Assembly: GCA_902515175.1 (NCBI GenBank)
Contig: CABXTP010000001.1
Coordinates: 1-58,988 of the forward strand
Origin: an uncultured Pelagibacteraceae bacterium
GTDB taxonomy: Bacteria; Pseudomonadota; Alphaproteobacteria; Pelagibacterales; Pelagibacteraceae
Length of the DNA: 58,988 nt
Reading direction: 5' to 3'
The position numbers and the translations under genes were made by a program. The stretch's first letter is position 1. Each line of letters opens with the position of its first letter. Below the pieces are notes generated by a model, which had not been told where the DNA came from, did no database searches, and was given only the letters and a program-made list of their open reading frames with translations. Shown here one piece after another: positions 1 through 10,475 of this stretch.

Positions 1-363
1 TGTAAAAAAAATTCAAAAATTGGACTTCTTGCAACTGAGGGAACTTTGAAAACTGGAGTATATAATAAAATTTTTGATAAAAATTTTAAATTATTAAACC
101 CATCCCAAGAATTACAAAAATCCTGTGTAAATCAGGCAATTAAACTTGTAAAAATGGGAAAAGTTAAAGATGCAGAAATAAAAATTCGACCAGCAATAAG
201 ATATCTTCTAAAAATGAAATGTAAAAAAATTATTTTAGGCTGCACTGAACTTCCTATTGCAATTTTCGCCTTTAAGTCATTTAAGAATATTAAATCTTCA
301 AAAATATTTTTAGATCCAAATTTAATTTTAGCTAATTCAGCTATGAAAAAAAATCATCAATAA
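1..363 (+). CDS. Aspartate/glutamate racemase family protein, 5'-partial (runs off window edge)
   Basis: Frame 1 is open from base 1 and reads KIGLLATEGTLKTGVY...IILGCTELP, the racemase C-terminal catalytic Cys motif. Confidence 0.85.
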   Translation, partial: CKKNSKIGLLATEGTLKTGVYNKIFDKNFKLLNPSQELQKSCVNQAIKLVKMGKVKDAEIKIRPAIRYLLKMKCKKIILGCTELPIAIFAFKSFKNIKSSKIFLDPNLILANSAMKKNHQ

Positions 364-366
364 TTA

Positions 367-804
367 ATGGGCTCAAAGGATAGACCGTACGTATTATACG
401 TTGCAGAAAAAATATACATTGAAATTTCTCAATTAAAAAAATCAAATCCAGACTTTTCTAATATTGATGCTATTGATGCGTTTATAGGGTCGGAAACTTA
501 TAAAAGCATAAGTTCAGGAAAATTTCATGATGATTGGTTTAATGAATTGCAAAATAATAATTTTATAGATAAAAAAACAAAAAAAAAAATCCCAGAGGAA
601 ACAATTAATTTATTAAAGACTCAAAGAGAATTGATGGTAAAACAATTAATTCAATTTCCTGATTTATACTATACTAAAAGTCATTTCCCTCTCGAAATTT
701 CTCAAAGAGCATTTAATAATTTATGGAGAATTTGTGAAAGTTACGAACTATGGTGCAAGGAGAGCAAACAAAGTAATTTGATATATCTAAATATTATTGA
801 TTGA
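367..804 (+). CDS. Hypothetical protein (145 aa)
   Basis: ATG 3 nt after racemase stop; soluble-protein composition; no family recognised. Confidence 0.7.
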   Translation: MGSKDRPYVLYVAEKIYIEISQLKKSNPDFSNIDAIDAFIGSETYKSISSGKFHDDWFNELQNNNFIDKKTKKKIPEETINLLKTQRELMVKQLIQFPDLYYTKSHFPLEISQRAFNNLWRICESYELWCKESKQSNLIYLNIID

Positions 805-1192
805 TATTTTCAATATCTAATTTTTTATGAACTAACTCAACTCTTTGTTCAATAATTTTTTGGAACTCTTTATTAAATTGTTTATGATTATTTTGATTTA
901 TAATTTTTTTATGGCCTAGTGTTATTCTTTTTTTAACAAGTTGCCTAAAATCCTCATTAAAATGTTTTTTATTATTTTGTTTTTTCATTTCCTCTGTAAC
1001 TAAGGTTAGTGAGTTTTTTCCTGTCTTTTTTTTTATCTCACTATCAATCAAAATTTGAGCACCTGCTTTATAAACATTACCTGAGGAAAAAATAGTAAGA
1101 CTAGGGCCTATAAGAGATGCAACTTGCACAAAACCCGTTAGAAATACAAAAGATATTGTAAAAAGTAATATTTTAGTTAATTTTTTAAACAT
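794..1192 (-). CDS. Hypothetical membrane-anchored protein with internal ~29-aa repeat
   Basis: N-terminal hydrophobic segment, GAGG RBS-like sequence upstream, two similar QNN..FN..F...R...HKK units. Confidence 0.7.
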   Translation of the reverse strand: MFKKLTKILLFTISFVFLTGFVQVASLIGPSLTIFSSGNVYKAGAQILIDSEIKKKTGKNSLTLVTEEMKKQNNKKHFNEDFRQLVKKRITLGHKKIINQNNHKQFNKEFQKIIEQRVELVHKKLDIENINQ

Positions 1193-1307
1193 TATTAATT
1201 ATCCCTCAATAAATTTATGCGATTTGTCTAATTATCTCAATTGAGAAATCGTCCATAATAGGGTTAAAATTTTATTAATAACATTCAATTTGTTAGTATA
1301 AATCAAG

Positions 1308-2156
1308 ATGATTAAAATATTTCCTTTTATATTCATTATCCTATGGTCTTCAGCATTTATAACTACAAAACCAATTATAGATCATAGTGACCCTTTTGCA
1401 GCTCTTGCCTTTAGATTTTCAATTGTTTTCCTAGGTTTTTTTTTATTTTCTCTTTATTCTAAAAAAAATATTTTTATTAATAAAAAAAATTTAATTGAAT
1501 CTTTTTTTAGTGGTGTACTTTTTCATGGATTTTATTTAGGTGGTGTTTTTTTTTCAATTTCAAAAGGAATGCCGACAAGTATAGCAGCTTTAATAGTTAC
1601 ACTGCAGCCGATCCTAACTAATGCTTTAAGCGGACCTATCTTAAAAGAAAAAGTGACAATTAAACAATGGTTCGGTGTTATGCTTGGTTTCACAGGTACA
1701 GTTATAGTTCTTGGTTTTGATATTGGTGCAAATATCCCAATTACAGGGTTAATTGCTACAGTGATAGCTTTGATTGCAATTACATCATCAACTATATGGC
1801 AAAAAAAACTTAGCGATAATTTACCTTTATCTGTAAGTAATATGTATCAAGCTTTAGGAGGTGTAATTTTTCACATCATTATTATATCTTTGTTTACTAA
1901 GCCATACATTAATTTTTCTCAAACTTTTATTATAGCAATGAGTCATCAAATATTTTTAGTATCATTTGGTGCTTTTACAATTTTAATGTATTTAATTAAA
2001 AATAATTCTGCGAGCAAAACTGTCTCTATATTTTTTTTAATACCAGCCACATCGGCTTTTATGGCTTGGTTATTCTTAAATGAAACTTTAACCTCATTAG
2101 ATCTTTTAGGTTTTTTAATAACTTCAATCGGTGTTTATATTGCAACGCGAGATTGA
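1308..2156 (+). CDS. DMT/EamA family transporter
   Basis: About 10 TM segments; LWSSAF, RF, LQPILT and L.E motifs of two EamA repeats. Confidence 0.9.
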   Translation: MIKIFPFIFIILWSSAFITTKPIIDHSDPFAALAFRFSIVFLGFFLFSLYSKKNIFINKKNLIESFFSGVLFHGFYLGGVFFSISKGMPTSIAALIVTLQPILTNALSGPILKEKVTIKQWFGVMLGFTGTVIVLGFDIGANIPITGLIATVIALIAITSSTIWQKKLSDNLPLSVSNMYQALGGVIFHIIIISLFTKPYINFSQTFIIAMSHQIFLVSFGAFTILMYLIKNNSASKTVSIFFLIPATSAFMAWLFLNETLTSLDLLGFLITSIGVYIATRD

Positions 2157-2160
2157 AAAT

Positions 2161-2751
2161 TTATAATTTTGAATAATAACCAAACTCTAAAGATGCATCA
2201 GTAATCGAGTGATACAATGATTCACCAAAACTTCTAAGAGCAAATAATCTTACTTTATCAGGATTATTGCTTATCATATCAACGGTAAACGCTATTCCAT
2301 TATAAGTAGAATTTATTGAATTATTTTTCTCTAATGTATTAAAATTAAAAGGGCATCCTTTTTTTAAAACTTCTTTTACATCTTGTCCCTCTATTTCAAT
2401 TATAGCTCTAGAATGAGATAGGTCTGTTACAGCAAAATCATTTTCTTTAAAATTTTGAAAAATATTTGTGATTAAATCTTTTTTTGATGATACTAAGAGC
2501 CAATTCTTAGGTCCGTTCCATAAAATTCTTGTATCATTATTATTTGTTACGCTTAAGGGCTCATTTTTTAATTTCAAACCATCAATACTAATATTTTCTA
2601 ACGAGACAGTAGAAACTTTATATTGGACAATTTGAACTATTAATAAGTTTTTTTTCTCAGAGATTCTTAAAAGATTGTTTTCATTTTTTCCTTCATGGTC
2701 ACCAAATTGACCTGCTAAATGAACATTTGCTAATGCTGATATCGAACTCAT
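2161..2751 (-). CDS. soxG: Sarcosine oxidase subunit gamma
   Basis: W.GP..WL, VTDLSHSR, RSF motifs; last gene of the soxBDAG operon. Confidence 0.9.
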   Translation of the reverse strand: MSSISALANVHLAGQFGDHEGKNENNLLRISEKKNLLIVQIVQYKVSTVSLENISIDGLKLKNEPLSVTNNNDTRILWNGPKNWLLVSSKKDLITNIFQNFKENDFAVTDLSHSRAIIEIEGQDVKEVLKKGCPFNFNTLEKNNSINSTYNGIAFTVDMISNNPDKVRLFALRSFGESLYHSITDASLEFGYYSKL

Positions 2752-5744
2752 GATCGTACCCTTTCACCTTTTGGATCAACATAGTGAGATGAAACTATCT
2801 CAACTGGAATTACTTTATTTTTGAGAGGAGACATTACAAATAGCTTTTTTCCAATCATATTTTTTCCATCTTTCAATATTGCTAAGGAAAATGGATTATC
2901 ATATTCAACACTCCAACACGAAGCTGAAATAAAACCTAATTTTGGATTAGGTAATGGTGCATTTGAGTCTTTTACTAAATGAGATCCTTCTGGAATACTT
3001 GTCTTTTTATCTAAAGGAACTACGCCAACAACTTTTTGTCTATCTTCGGCTGTAAATGCTTCCTTAGTTAAAGATCTTTTGCCTATAAAATCTTTCTTTT
3101 TACTTACTAATCCTTCAAGAGAATTGTCATAAGGTATTGTTCTTCCATCAAGTTCTGAGCCTGCAACGTGTCCCATCTCTATTCTTAAGGTGGATAGTGC
3201 CTCAGTTCCGTATGGTTGAATTTTAAAAGCTTGACCGACTTCAATAATTTTTTCCCACATAAAGTTTCCATTATCAGATTCAACGTTTACTTCATAAGCA
3301 AGCTCGCCAGAAAATGAAATTCTAAATATTCTAGCCTTAACTCCAAATAAATCGCCTTCCATGTAACCCATAAAAGGTAATCCCTCTTTTGATACATCAC
3401 AACTTGGAAATAATTTTTGTAACAAATCTCTTGATTTTGGTCCAGCAATTGCTGCCCCGGCCCATTGTTCTGTGGTTGAAACTACATTAACATTTAATTC
3501 TGGCCATACCAGTTGTAAATAATATTCCAAGTGAGAAAGTACATTTGCTGCTTGGGCAGTAGTTGTTGTCATATGATAATGATTTTCTGAAATTCTTGTT
3601 GTTGTTCCATCATCCATAACAATTCCATCTTCTCTCAACATCACACCATATCTGGCTTTGCCAACTGGTAATTTTAACCATGCATTGGTATAAACTCTAT
3701 TAAGTAATTCTCCTGCATCTGGTCCTTTAATATCTATTTTACCTAATGTAGTTACGTCACAAACACCAACGTTTGTTCTTACATTTTTTGCTTCTCTTTT
3801 TGATGCCTCAAATAAATTTTCATCTCCTATTTTATAATACCTAGGCCTTAACCACACACCTGCATCAACAAAAACTGCATTATTTTGTTCATGCCAATTG
3901 TGCATTGGAGATTTTCTTGTTGGTTTTGAGTGCTTTCCAACTTCTCTTCCAACTATTGCACCAATGGATACTGGGCTATATGGAGGTCTAAAAGTTGTAT
4001 GACCTACAGCTGGCACAACTTTATTTTCTATTTTAGAAACTAACTGTAGACCATTTAGATTACTTGTTTTGCCTTGGTCAGTTGCCATTCCAAGAGTGGT
4101 GTATCTTTTTACATGTTCAATTGAACGATAGCCTTCTTTAAGTGCTATTTCAATATCTGAAACCGCAACATCATTTTGAAAGTCTAGAAATCGTTTATAA
4201 TTTTTTCCTTTTGGTAGTGGTACACACCAAAATTTATCATGCGTTGTAGATTTTTTTTCAATAACGTTAGGGAATGAGATTTTGTTATCATTATTTGTTA
4301 TTTTTTTAGATAGCTCATGAGCAGTTTCAAAAGAGCTTTTTAAAGTTTCATCCAATGTATAAACTCCATTTGCAGCACCTAAAGTTGTTTCATTTTGTTT
4401 TGATTTTCCAGGAACAAATGCATCTATATTTTCATTAAATTTTGTTTTGTTGCCTGACTGTGATGCTAAATGAATTGTAGGTGTCCAAAAACCTGAAACA
4501 CATATACAATCACATTTAATATTTTCTATTTCTCCTAGTTCTTCTTTGTTAACCGAAATTTTTGCAATATCAGCAGATTTTACTTTTTTATAACCTTGGG
4601 CTGCCACAACTACGTAAGAAAATTTTATATTTATTCCTAATTCTTTTGCATCATCAACTATCTCAGATTGAGGATTTTCTCTAGTATCTAAAATAATTGG
4701 GTCAATACCATTTTTTTTAAATTCAATAGCAGTTTCATAGCCACTATCATTGTTGGTAAAAATAAGTGGTTTTTTTCCAACTAATACTCCATAAACTTTT
4801 AAATACTCTTTTGCTGCTGACGATAGCATTACACCTGGTGTATCGTTATTACCAAAAACTATTGGTCTTTCTATTGAGCCTGCAGAAATTAGAACTTCTT
4901 TCGCTCTTATGTACCAAAGTCTCTGTTTTGGATGGAATTTTTTTGTTTTTGGAAGGTGATCACTAATCCTTTCAGACATAACTAACATATTATGATCGTA
5001 ATATCCAAAAACCTGCGACCTATTTTTAATAGTAACGTTAGGCATTTCTGTAAGTTCAGCAATAATTCCTTCAGCCCACTCTTTGCCTGATTTATTTCCA
5101 ATATTGACATCACTCGTAAGTAAAGTTCCACCAAATCTAGATTTTTCTTCGGCTAAAATTACTCGTGCACCATTTTTTGCAGCTGCGTATGCACTTGCTA
5201 AACCCGATGGTCCTGAGCCGGCTATTAATAAATCACAATATTCGTATTTATGCTCATATCTTTCCTTATCATGTTTTATAGAAGCAACGCCAAGACCTGC
5301 TGCTTTTCTGATAAATGGTTCATAAACTTTATACCAAAAACTTTTTGGCCACATAAATGTTTTGTAATAAAATCCCGCAGGTAGAAATATTTTTAAAAAA
5401 TTATTTATTGCTCCAATATCAAATTTTACACTGGGCCAACAATTTACACTTGTCGCAACTAAACCATCAAAAAGTTCTTGTTCAGTTGCTTTTATATTCG
5501 GTTCTGTCTCACCATTTCTATATAATTGAACAATCGCATAAGGTTCATCAACCCCTGCTCCAAAAAAACCTCTTGGTCTATGATATTTAAAGCTTCTACC
5601 GATTAAATGAACTCCATTTGCTATTAATGCAGAAGCTAATGTGTCACCTTCGTATCCATAATATTTTTTACCATTAAATTTAAATGAGATTTTTTTGTTT
5701 CTATTAATTAATCCAACATTTTCTAATCTAAAACTTTGTGTCAT
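2748..5744 (-). CDS. soxA: Sarcosine oxidase subunit alpha
   Basis: 998 aa; GDTLASAL, RSFKYHRPRG, KRYTTLGMATDQGK, C-terminal GcvT-like folate-binding domain. Confidence 0.97.
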   Translation of the reverse strand: MTQSFRLENVGLINRNKKISFKFNGKKYYGYEGDTLASALIANGVHLIGRSFKYHRPRGFFGAGVDEPYAIVQLYRNGETEPNIKATEQELFDGLVATSVNCWPSVKFDIGAINNFLKIFLPAGFYYKTFMWPKSFWYKVYEPFIRKAAGLGVASIKHDKERYEHKYEYCDLLIAGSGPSGLASAYAAAKNGARVILAEEKSRFGGTLLTSDVNIGNKSGKEWAEGIIAELTEMPNVTIKNRSQVFGYYDHNMLVMSERISDHLPKTKKFHPKQRLWYIRAKEVLISAGSIERPIVFGNNDTPGVMLSSAAKEYLKVYGVLVGKKPLIFTNNDSGYETAIEFKKNGIDPIILDTRENPQSEIVDDAKELGINIKFSYVVVAAQGYKKVKSADIAKISVNKEELGEIENIKCDCICVSGFWTPTIHLASQSGNKTKFNENIDAFVPGKSKQNETTLGAANGVYTLDETLKSSFETAHELSKKITNNDNKISFPNVIEKKSTTHDKFWCVPLPKGKNYKRFLDFQNDVAVSDIEIALKEGYRSIEHVKRYTTLGMATDQGKTSNLNGLQLVSKIENKVVPAVGHTTFRPPYSPVSIGAIVGREVGKHSKPTRKSPMHNWHEQNNAVFVDAGVWLRPRYYKIGDENLFEASKREAKNVRTNVGVCDVTTLGKIDIKGPDAGELLNRVYTNAWLKLPVGKARYGVMLREDGIVMDDGTTTRISENHYHMTTTTAQAANVLSHLEYYLQLVWPELNVNVVSTTEQWAGAAIAGPKSRDLLQKLFPSCDVSKEGLPFMGYMEGDLFGVKARIFRISFSGELAYEVNVESDNGNFMWEKIIEVGQAFKIQPYGTEALSTLRIEMGHVAGSELDGRTIPYDNSLEGLVSKKKDFIGKRSLTKEAFTAEDRQKVVGVVPLDKKTSIPEGSHLVKDSNAPLPNPKLGFISASCWSVEYDNPFSLAILKDGKNMIGKKLFVMSPLKNKVIPVEIVSSHYVDPKGERVRS

Positions 5745-6013
5745 TGAGAAATATCCTCATTTGCTTTAAGAGTGTTAAAAATTTCATGTGTTGCTGTGTC
5801 TCTCTCAACTTTAATCCATTGTCGACAACCTGATAAATGTTGCCACAATTCCCAGTGTTTACCTCTCAAACTTTTTCTATTATAAACAAAATCATTCCAT
5901 TCTTGATCTGATATATCTTTATTAAGTTCTGGTCTTTTAACCGTCGCATCTCCTCCATAGGAAAATTCATTTTGTGATCTCATTCCACAATGGGGACACT
6001 TAATATGTAGCAT
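5741..6013 (-). CDS. soxD: Sarcosine oxidase subunit delta
   Basis: CPHCG.R...EF.YGG and W.H..GCRQW zinc ligands. Confidence 0.95.
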   Translation of the reverse strand: MLHIKCPHCGMRSQNEFSYGGDATVKRPELNKDISDQEWNDFVYNRKSLRGKHWELWQHLSGCRQWIKVERDTATHEIFNTLKANEDISQ

Positions 6014-7270
6014 TTATGAAATCCAAGTTCTGGTCCCAAGCCCCTTTTCATCAAGTAAGTGACCTGTGTTGAATCTGTTTAAGCTATATCCAGAATTTAA
6101 TTTATGAACTCTATCTTGTGCGATTGTATGAGCAAAAGTCCATCCTGATGCTGGAGTTGCTTTAAAACCACCATAGCACCAACCACAATTTAAATATAAA
6201 CCTTCAATATGTGTCTTATCAATTATAGGAGAGCCATCCATAGACATATCCATAATTCCGCCCCAAGTTCTAAGCATTTTTAATTTGCTTAAAAATGGCA
6301 TCATTGCAATTCCCTCTGTTAAAACATGTTGAAGCGTTGGGAGATTTCCTCTTTGTGCGTAACTATTATATCCATCTAAGTCTCCACCCATAACCATTTC
6401 ACCTTTGTCTGATTGACTTATATAAAAGTGTCCAGCTCCAAAAGTTACAACTCTATCTAAAACTGGTTTAACTGGTTCTGAAACGCATGCTTGAAGAAGG
6501 TGAGTTTCGATTGGTAAAGTCATATTAAGTTTTTCTGCTAAAATATTTGTACTTCCAGCAACACATAAACCTATTTTTTTTGCACTAATATCCCCTCTTG
6601 AGGTTCTAACTCCTTTTATTTTTCCATTTGAAACATCAAATCCTACTACTTCACAATTCTGAATTATATCTACTCCCATTGAGTCAGCTTGTCTTGCATA
6701 ACCCCAAGCAACTGCATCATGTCTTGCGGTTCCTGCACTCGGTTGCATCAATCCACCAAAAATTGGAAAACGTACATTTTCTGAAAAATCTGCCATTGGA
6801 ATTATTTCTTTAACTTGCTCCCTATTGAGAAGAACAGCATCAATCCCATTGAGCCTCATTGAATTTCCTCTTCTTGCATAAATGTTCATTTGCGCATCAG
6901 AGTGGGCAAGATTTATAATTCCTCTTGGAGAAAACATAACATTGTAATTTAAATCTTGGCTCATACTTCTCCATAGATCCATTCCAAACTCACTAAACAA
7001 AGCATTGTCGTCGTACATATAATTAGACCTAATTATTGTTGTATTACGTCCAACATTTCCACCACCAATCCAGCCCTTTTCTATGATTGCAACGTTGGTA
7101 ATATTATGCTCTTTTGCTAGATAATATGCGGTTGCTAAACCGTGGCCTCCACCTCCAATAATAACTACGTCATACTCTTTTTTTGGAGTTGGATCCTTCC
7201 AAGCTAAATCCCAATTCTCGTGATTTGATAAAGCATTTTTTACTAAATTAAATATCGAATATTTTTGCAT
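6014..7270 (-). CDS. soxB: Sarcosine oxidase subunit beta
   Basis: GGGGHGLATAYYLAK, GGGNVGRNTTIIRSNY, ARHDAVAWGYAR, GWCYGGFKATP. Confidence 0.97.
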   Translation of the reverse strand: MQKYSIFNLVKNALSNHENWDLAWKDPTPKKEYDVVIIGGGGHGLATAYYLAKEHNITNVAIIEKGWIGGGNVGRNTTIIRSNYMYDDNALFSEFGMDLWRSMSQDLNYNVMFSPRGIINLAHSDAQMNIYARRGNSMRLNGIDAVLLNREQVKEIIPMADFSENVRFPIFGGLMQPSAGTARHDAVAWGYARQADSMGVDIIQNCEVVGFDVSNGKIKGVRTSRGDISAKKIGLCVAGSTNILAEKLNMTLPIETHLLQACVSEPVKPVLDRVVTFGAGHFYISQSDKGEMVMGGDLDGYNSYAQRGNLPTLQHVLTEGIAMMPFLSKLKMLRTWGGIMDMSMDGSPIIDKTHIEGLYLNCGWCYGGFKATPASGWTFAHTIAQDRVHKLNSGYSLNRFNTGHLLDEKGLGTRTWIS

Positions 7271-7398
7271 TAATAAATTTTATAATAAAGAATAGAAATA
7301 GTTCATATTTTTTTTATATATAATTTTTAGATATTTCCAAAGGCTTTAAAAAGAGATACTAATCGATCAACTTTTTTAATATTTATATAGGACTTTTA

Positions 7399-9084
7399 AT
7401 GAGTGAAGTAAAATCAGACATCCAAATTGCAAGAGAAGCAAAAATGCAACCAATCAATGATATATTGTCAAAAGTTGAAGTTCCTGATGAAAGTGCTGCA
7501 TTCAGTCCCATGGGTAGACATATTGCTAAAATTAACTTGGAATATCTTGATAAATTAAAAGATAAACCTGATGGAAAGTTGATATTAGTTACTGCAATAA
7601 CTCCAACACCAGCGGGTGAAGGAAAAACAACAACTTCTGTTGGTTTAAATGATGGGTTAAATAAAATAGGAAAAAAATCCATTGTTTGTTTAAGAGAGCC
7701 AAGTTTAGGTCCCTCTTTTGGAATGAAAGGCGGTGCGGCAGGTGGTGGCTATGCACAAGTAGTTCCAATGGAGCAAATTAATTTACATTTTACAGGTGAT
7801 TTTCATGCAATCACATCAGCTCATAATCTTTTATCCGCGTTAATTGATAATCATATCTATTGGGGAAATAAATTAAATATAGACGTAAGAAGAATTGTTT
7901 GGAGAAGAGTTTTAGACATGAATGATCGAGCTCTTAGATCAATTAATATAAATTTAGGTGGTGTTGCAAACGGTTTTCCCAGAGAAGATGGTTTTGATAT
8001 CACTGTCGCGTCAGAGATAATGGCAATCTTTTGTCTAGCTAATAATCTTGAAGATTTAGAAAAAAGAATTGGAAACATTACTGTTGCTTACACTAGGGAA
8101 AAAAAACCTATTTACGCTAAGGACTTAAAAGCACAAGGTCCTATGACCGTCTTACTTAAAGATGCAATTAGACCTAATGTGACACAAACTTTAGAAAATA
8201 ATCCTGCCATTATTCATGGAGGTCCATTTGCAAATATTGCTCATGGATGTAACTCTGTTATTGCGACAAAAACAGGACTTAAGCTTGCAGACTATGTGGT
8301 TACTGAAGCTGGCTTTGGTGCGGATTTAGGTGCTGAAAAGTTTCTTGATATAAAATGCAGAAAATCAAATTTGAAACCAAGCTGTGTAGTAATAGTTGCA
8401 ACTATAAGAGCATTAAAAATGCATGGTGGTGTTGCTAAAGATGATTTAAAAAATGAAAACGTTGAAGCTCTTAAGAAAGGATTAGTTAATCTTCAAAGGC
8501 ATGTTGAAAATGTTAAAAAATTTGGATTACCTGTTGCAATAGCAGTTAATCATTTTATTAAAGATACCGATAAAGAAGTTAAGGCTTTAATAGATTTTTG
8601 TGATGATCTGGGAGTTAAAGCTAGTCTGTGTACTCATTGGGCAAATGGTGGTGAGGGAACGAAAGATCTCGCTGCTCATGTTGTGGATTTATGTGAAAAA
8701 AATGAGTCTAAATTTAAATTTTTATATGAAAGTAAAACACCTCTTTTCAATAAAATAGAGACAATTGCAAAAGAAATTTATAGAGCTGATGAGGTTATAG
8801 CGGATACTAAAATTAGAGAACAGCTCAAAAGTTTTGAAGAAGCTGGATATGACGAATTACCTATTTGTGTTGCTAAAACTCAATATAGTTTTTCTACTGA
8901 TCCCAGTTTAAAGGGTGCTCCGACTGGTCACGCGCTGCCAATCAGAGAAATAAGACTTTCATCTGGTGCTGAGTTTATAGTTGTTGTTTGTGGAGCTATT
9001 ATGACGATGCCTGGCTTACCAAGAGTTCCCGCTGCAGACTCAATTAAGCTTAATAATAAAGGTGAAATAGAAGGTTTATTTTAA
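7399..9084 (+). CDS. fhs: Formate--tetrahydrofolate ligase
   Basis: [46 protein letters not shown]. Confidence 0.98.
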   Translation: MSEVKSDIQIAREAKMQPINDILSKVEVPDESAAFSPMGRHIAKINLEYLDKLKDKPDGKLILVTAITPTPAGEGKTTTSVGLNDGLNKIGKKSIVCLREPSLGPSFGMKGGAAGGGYAQVVPMEQINLHFTGDFHAITSAHNLLSALIDNHIYWGNKLNIDVRRIVWRRVLDMNDRALRSININLGGVANGFPREDGFDITVASEIMAIFCLANNLEDLEKRIGNITVAYTREKKPIYAKDLKAQGPMTVLLKDAIRPNVTQTLENNPAIIHGGPFANIAHGCNSVIATKTGLKLADYVVTEAGFGADLGAEKFLDIKCRKSNLKPSCVVIVATIRALKMHGGVAKDDLKNENVEALKKGLVNLQRHVENVKKFGLPVAIAVNHFIKDTDKEVKALIDFCDDLGVKASLCTHWANGGEGTKDLAAHVVDLCEKNESKFKFLYESKTPLFNKIETIAKEIYRADEVIADTKIREQLKSFEEAGYDELPICVAKTQYSFSTDPSLKGAPTGHALPIREIRLSSGAEFIVVVCGAIMTMPGLPRVPAADSIKLNNKGEIEGLF

Positions 9085-9086
9085 TA

Positions 9087-10115
9087 TTACCAACTAATTT
9101 CCAATTTTTTGTTATTATAAATACTTTCAATCACACTAATAAGTAATGGAAATTCTTTTTTATCAAACTCTTGAAGAATTTTTGGTCCAATTTCAAAAGC
9201 TAAATCAGCCCCCTCAACAGTGATGTCTTTCATGAATTTTTCTTTAGCTTCTTTAAATAAATGACCTTGACCAAGATAATATCCCATTTTACTATTTCTT
9301 CCTCCAGCCGAACTCACATATAAATCTCCCAATCCAGATAAACCATATGCAGTTTCTGCTTTACCATTTAATTTTTTTGTTAAAATTTTCATTTCAGAAA
9401 CTGATTTATAAGCTAAAGAGGCAGCAGTATTAAGGTAATACTTATTTTTAATTTGATTATCTAAAGAATTACTGCTCAAACCTTCAGAAGCGCCTATTAA
9501 CATAGAATAAATATTTTTTGTTGCCGCGCATACTTCTACTCCTATTAAATCATTAGAGTACTCCGTCGAATAATATTTTGTAGAAATCATTTTTCCAATA
9601 TTTTTGACAATATCTAAATTTTCATTTGCAAGTACAACACTACTATTTATTCTATTAACCAAACCATTTGCCAGACATGGTCCGCCAACAGCCGAGATTT
9701 TTGAATTTTTGAGCCCATTTTTTATTAAAATTTTATTTAGTTTCTCTGCTAAAGTTTCAAATTTATCATCAATCACAGCTAAGCCTTTGGTTAATAACAA
9801 AATATCTATTGTGTTTTTGTAAAATTTAGAAATTTCATCTCCAATCCATTGAATACCTTTTGAACTAACTCCTACAACTAATAAATCAATATTTTCTTTT
9901 AATTTATTATCAAATTCAGAAAATTTAAGAACTTTTATATTTTCTGGTAATTGACTTTTTAAAACAGGATGAAAATTATTTAGACTTTTTATTTCTTGTA
10001 TTAATTTATCTTCTAAAAATGAGCCAACTAAAAAAACTTGATTAGAATTATCGGCACATGGAACAGCAAAAGCTGAACCCATTGCGCCAGCTCCAATAAT
10101 TACAATTTTTTTCAT
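9087..10115 (-). CDS. gpsA: NAD(P)H-dependent glycerol-3-phosphate dehydrogenase family protein
   Basis: IGAGAMG Rossmann motif, TKG, GGP, KN, GLGDL...GRN, TVEG. Confidence 0.85.
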   Translation of the reverse strand: MKKIVIIGAGAMGSAFAVPCADNSNQVFLVGSFLEDKLIQEIKSLNNFHPVLKSQLPENIKVLKFSEFDNKLKENIDLLVVGVSSKGIQWIGDEISKFYKNTIDILLLTKGLAVIDDKFETLAEKLNKILIKNGLKNSKISAVGGPCLANGLVNRINSSVVLANENLDIVKNIGKMISTKYYSTEYSNDLIGVEVCAATKNIYSMLIGASEGLSSNSLDNQIKNKYYLNTAASLAYKSVSEMKILTKKLNGKAETAYGLSGLGDLYVSSAGGRNSKMGYYLGQGHLFKEAKEKFMKDITVEGADLAFEIGPKILQEFDKKEFPLLISVIESIYNNKKLEISW

Positions 10116-10118
10116 TTT

Positions 10119-10475
10119 TTATACATATCTAAAGACAAATACTGCAAATAAAGAGGAAATAAATGTAGCAAACCAAAGGTTTAAATCTGTCAATCCAAGC
10201 CAAGCTAGATGAATAAATGCTGCACTAAGAAGTGAAACAAACAATCTGTCTCCTCTTGTTGTGTTTAAAGTTAATATTCCTTTTCTAGGGCTTCCTCCTG
10301 GAACTTTTTTTTCCCAGAAATACATAACTGTGATGCAAAGAGCTATAAAAATAAAAAAACTTGCTGTAGGCCAAGTCCAAGCCATCCATGTTATAAAATC
10401 AAAATCAAAAAGACCTTTTTCTTTCGGTTCGCCAACCGTAGACCAGCTAGATGCATATAGATTTGTAAAAATCAT
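10119..10475 (-). CDS. DUF2160 small integral membrane protein (GlpU-like ABC accessory)
   Basis: WMAWTWPTA..F and R.G.L...TTRGDRLF.SLL..AFIHLAWLGL signature. Confidence 0.85.
   Translation of the reverse strand: MIFTNLYASSWSTVGEPKEKGLFDFDFITWMAWTWPTASFFIFIALCITVMYFWEKKVPGGSPRKGILTLNTTRGDRLFVSLLSAAFIHLAWLGLTDLNLWFATFISSLFAVFVFRYV

Noticed and set aside
6014-6050. Possible frameshift at the soxB C-terminus (ends TWIS rather than in His)
   Set aside because: Length is normal, the stop abuts the soxD start, and the alternative frame gives no better ending
7271-7398. Glycine or SAM riboswitch in the soxB/fhs divergent spacer (also checked upstream of the DMG dehydrogenase-like gene)
   Set aside because: No conserved aptamer motifs or convincing stems visible
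4766-8078. Short ORFs antisense to soxA, soxB and fhs (and similar ones within etf, acuI, futA and alc)
   Set aside because: Nested in conserved genes, no motifs or RBS; treated as shadows
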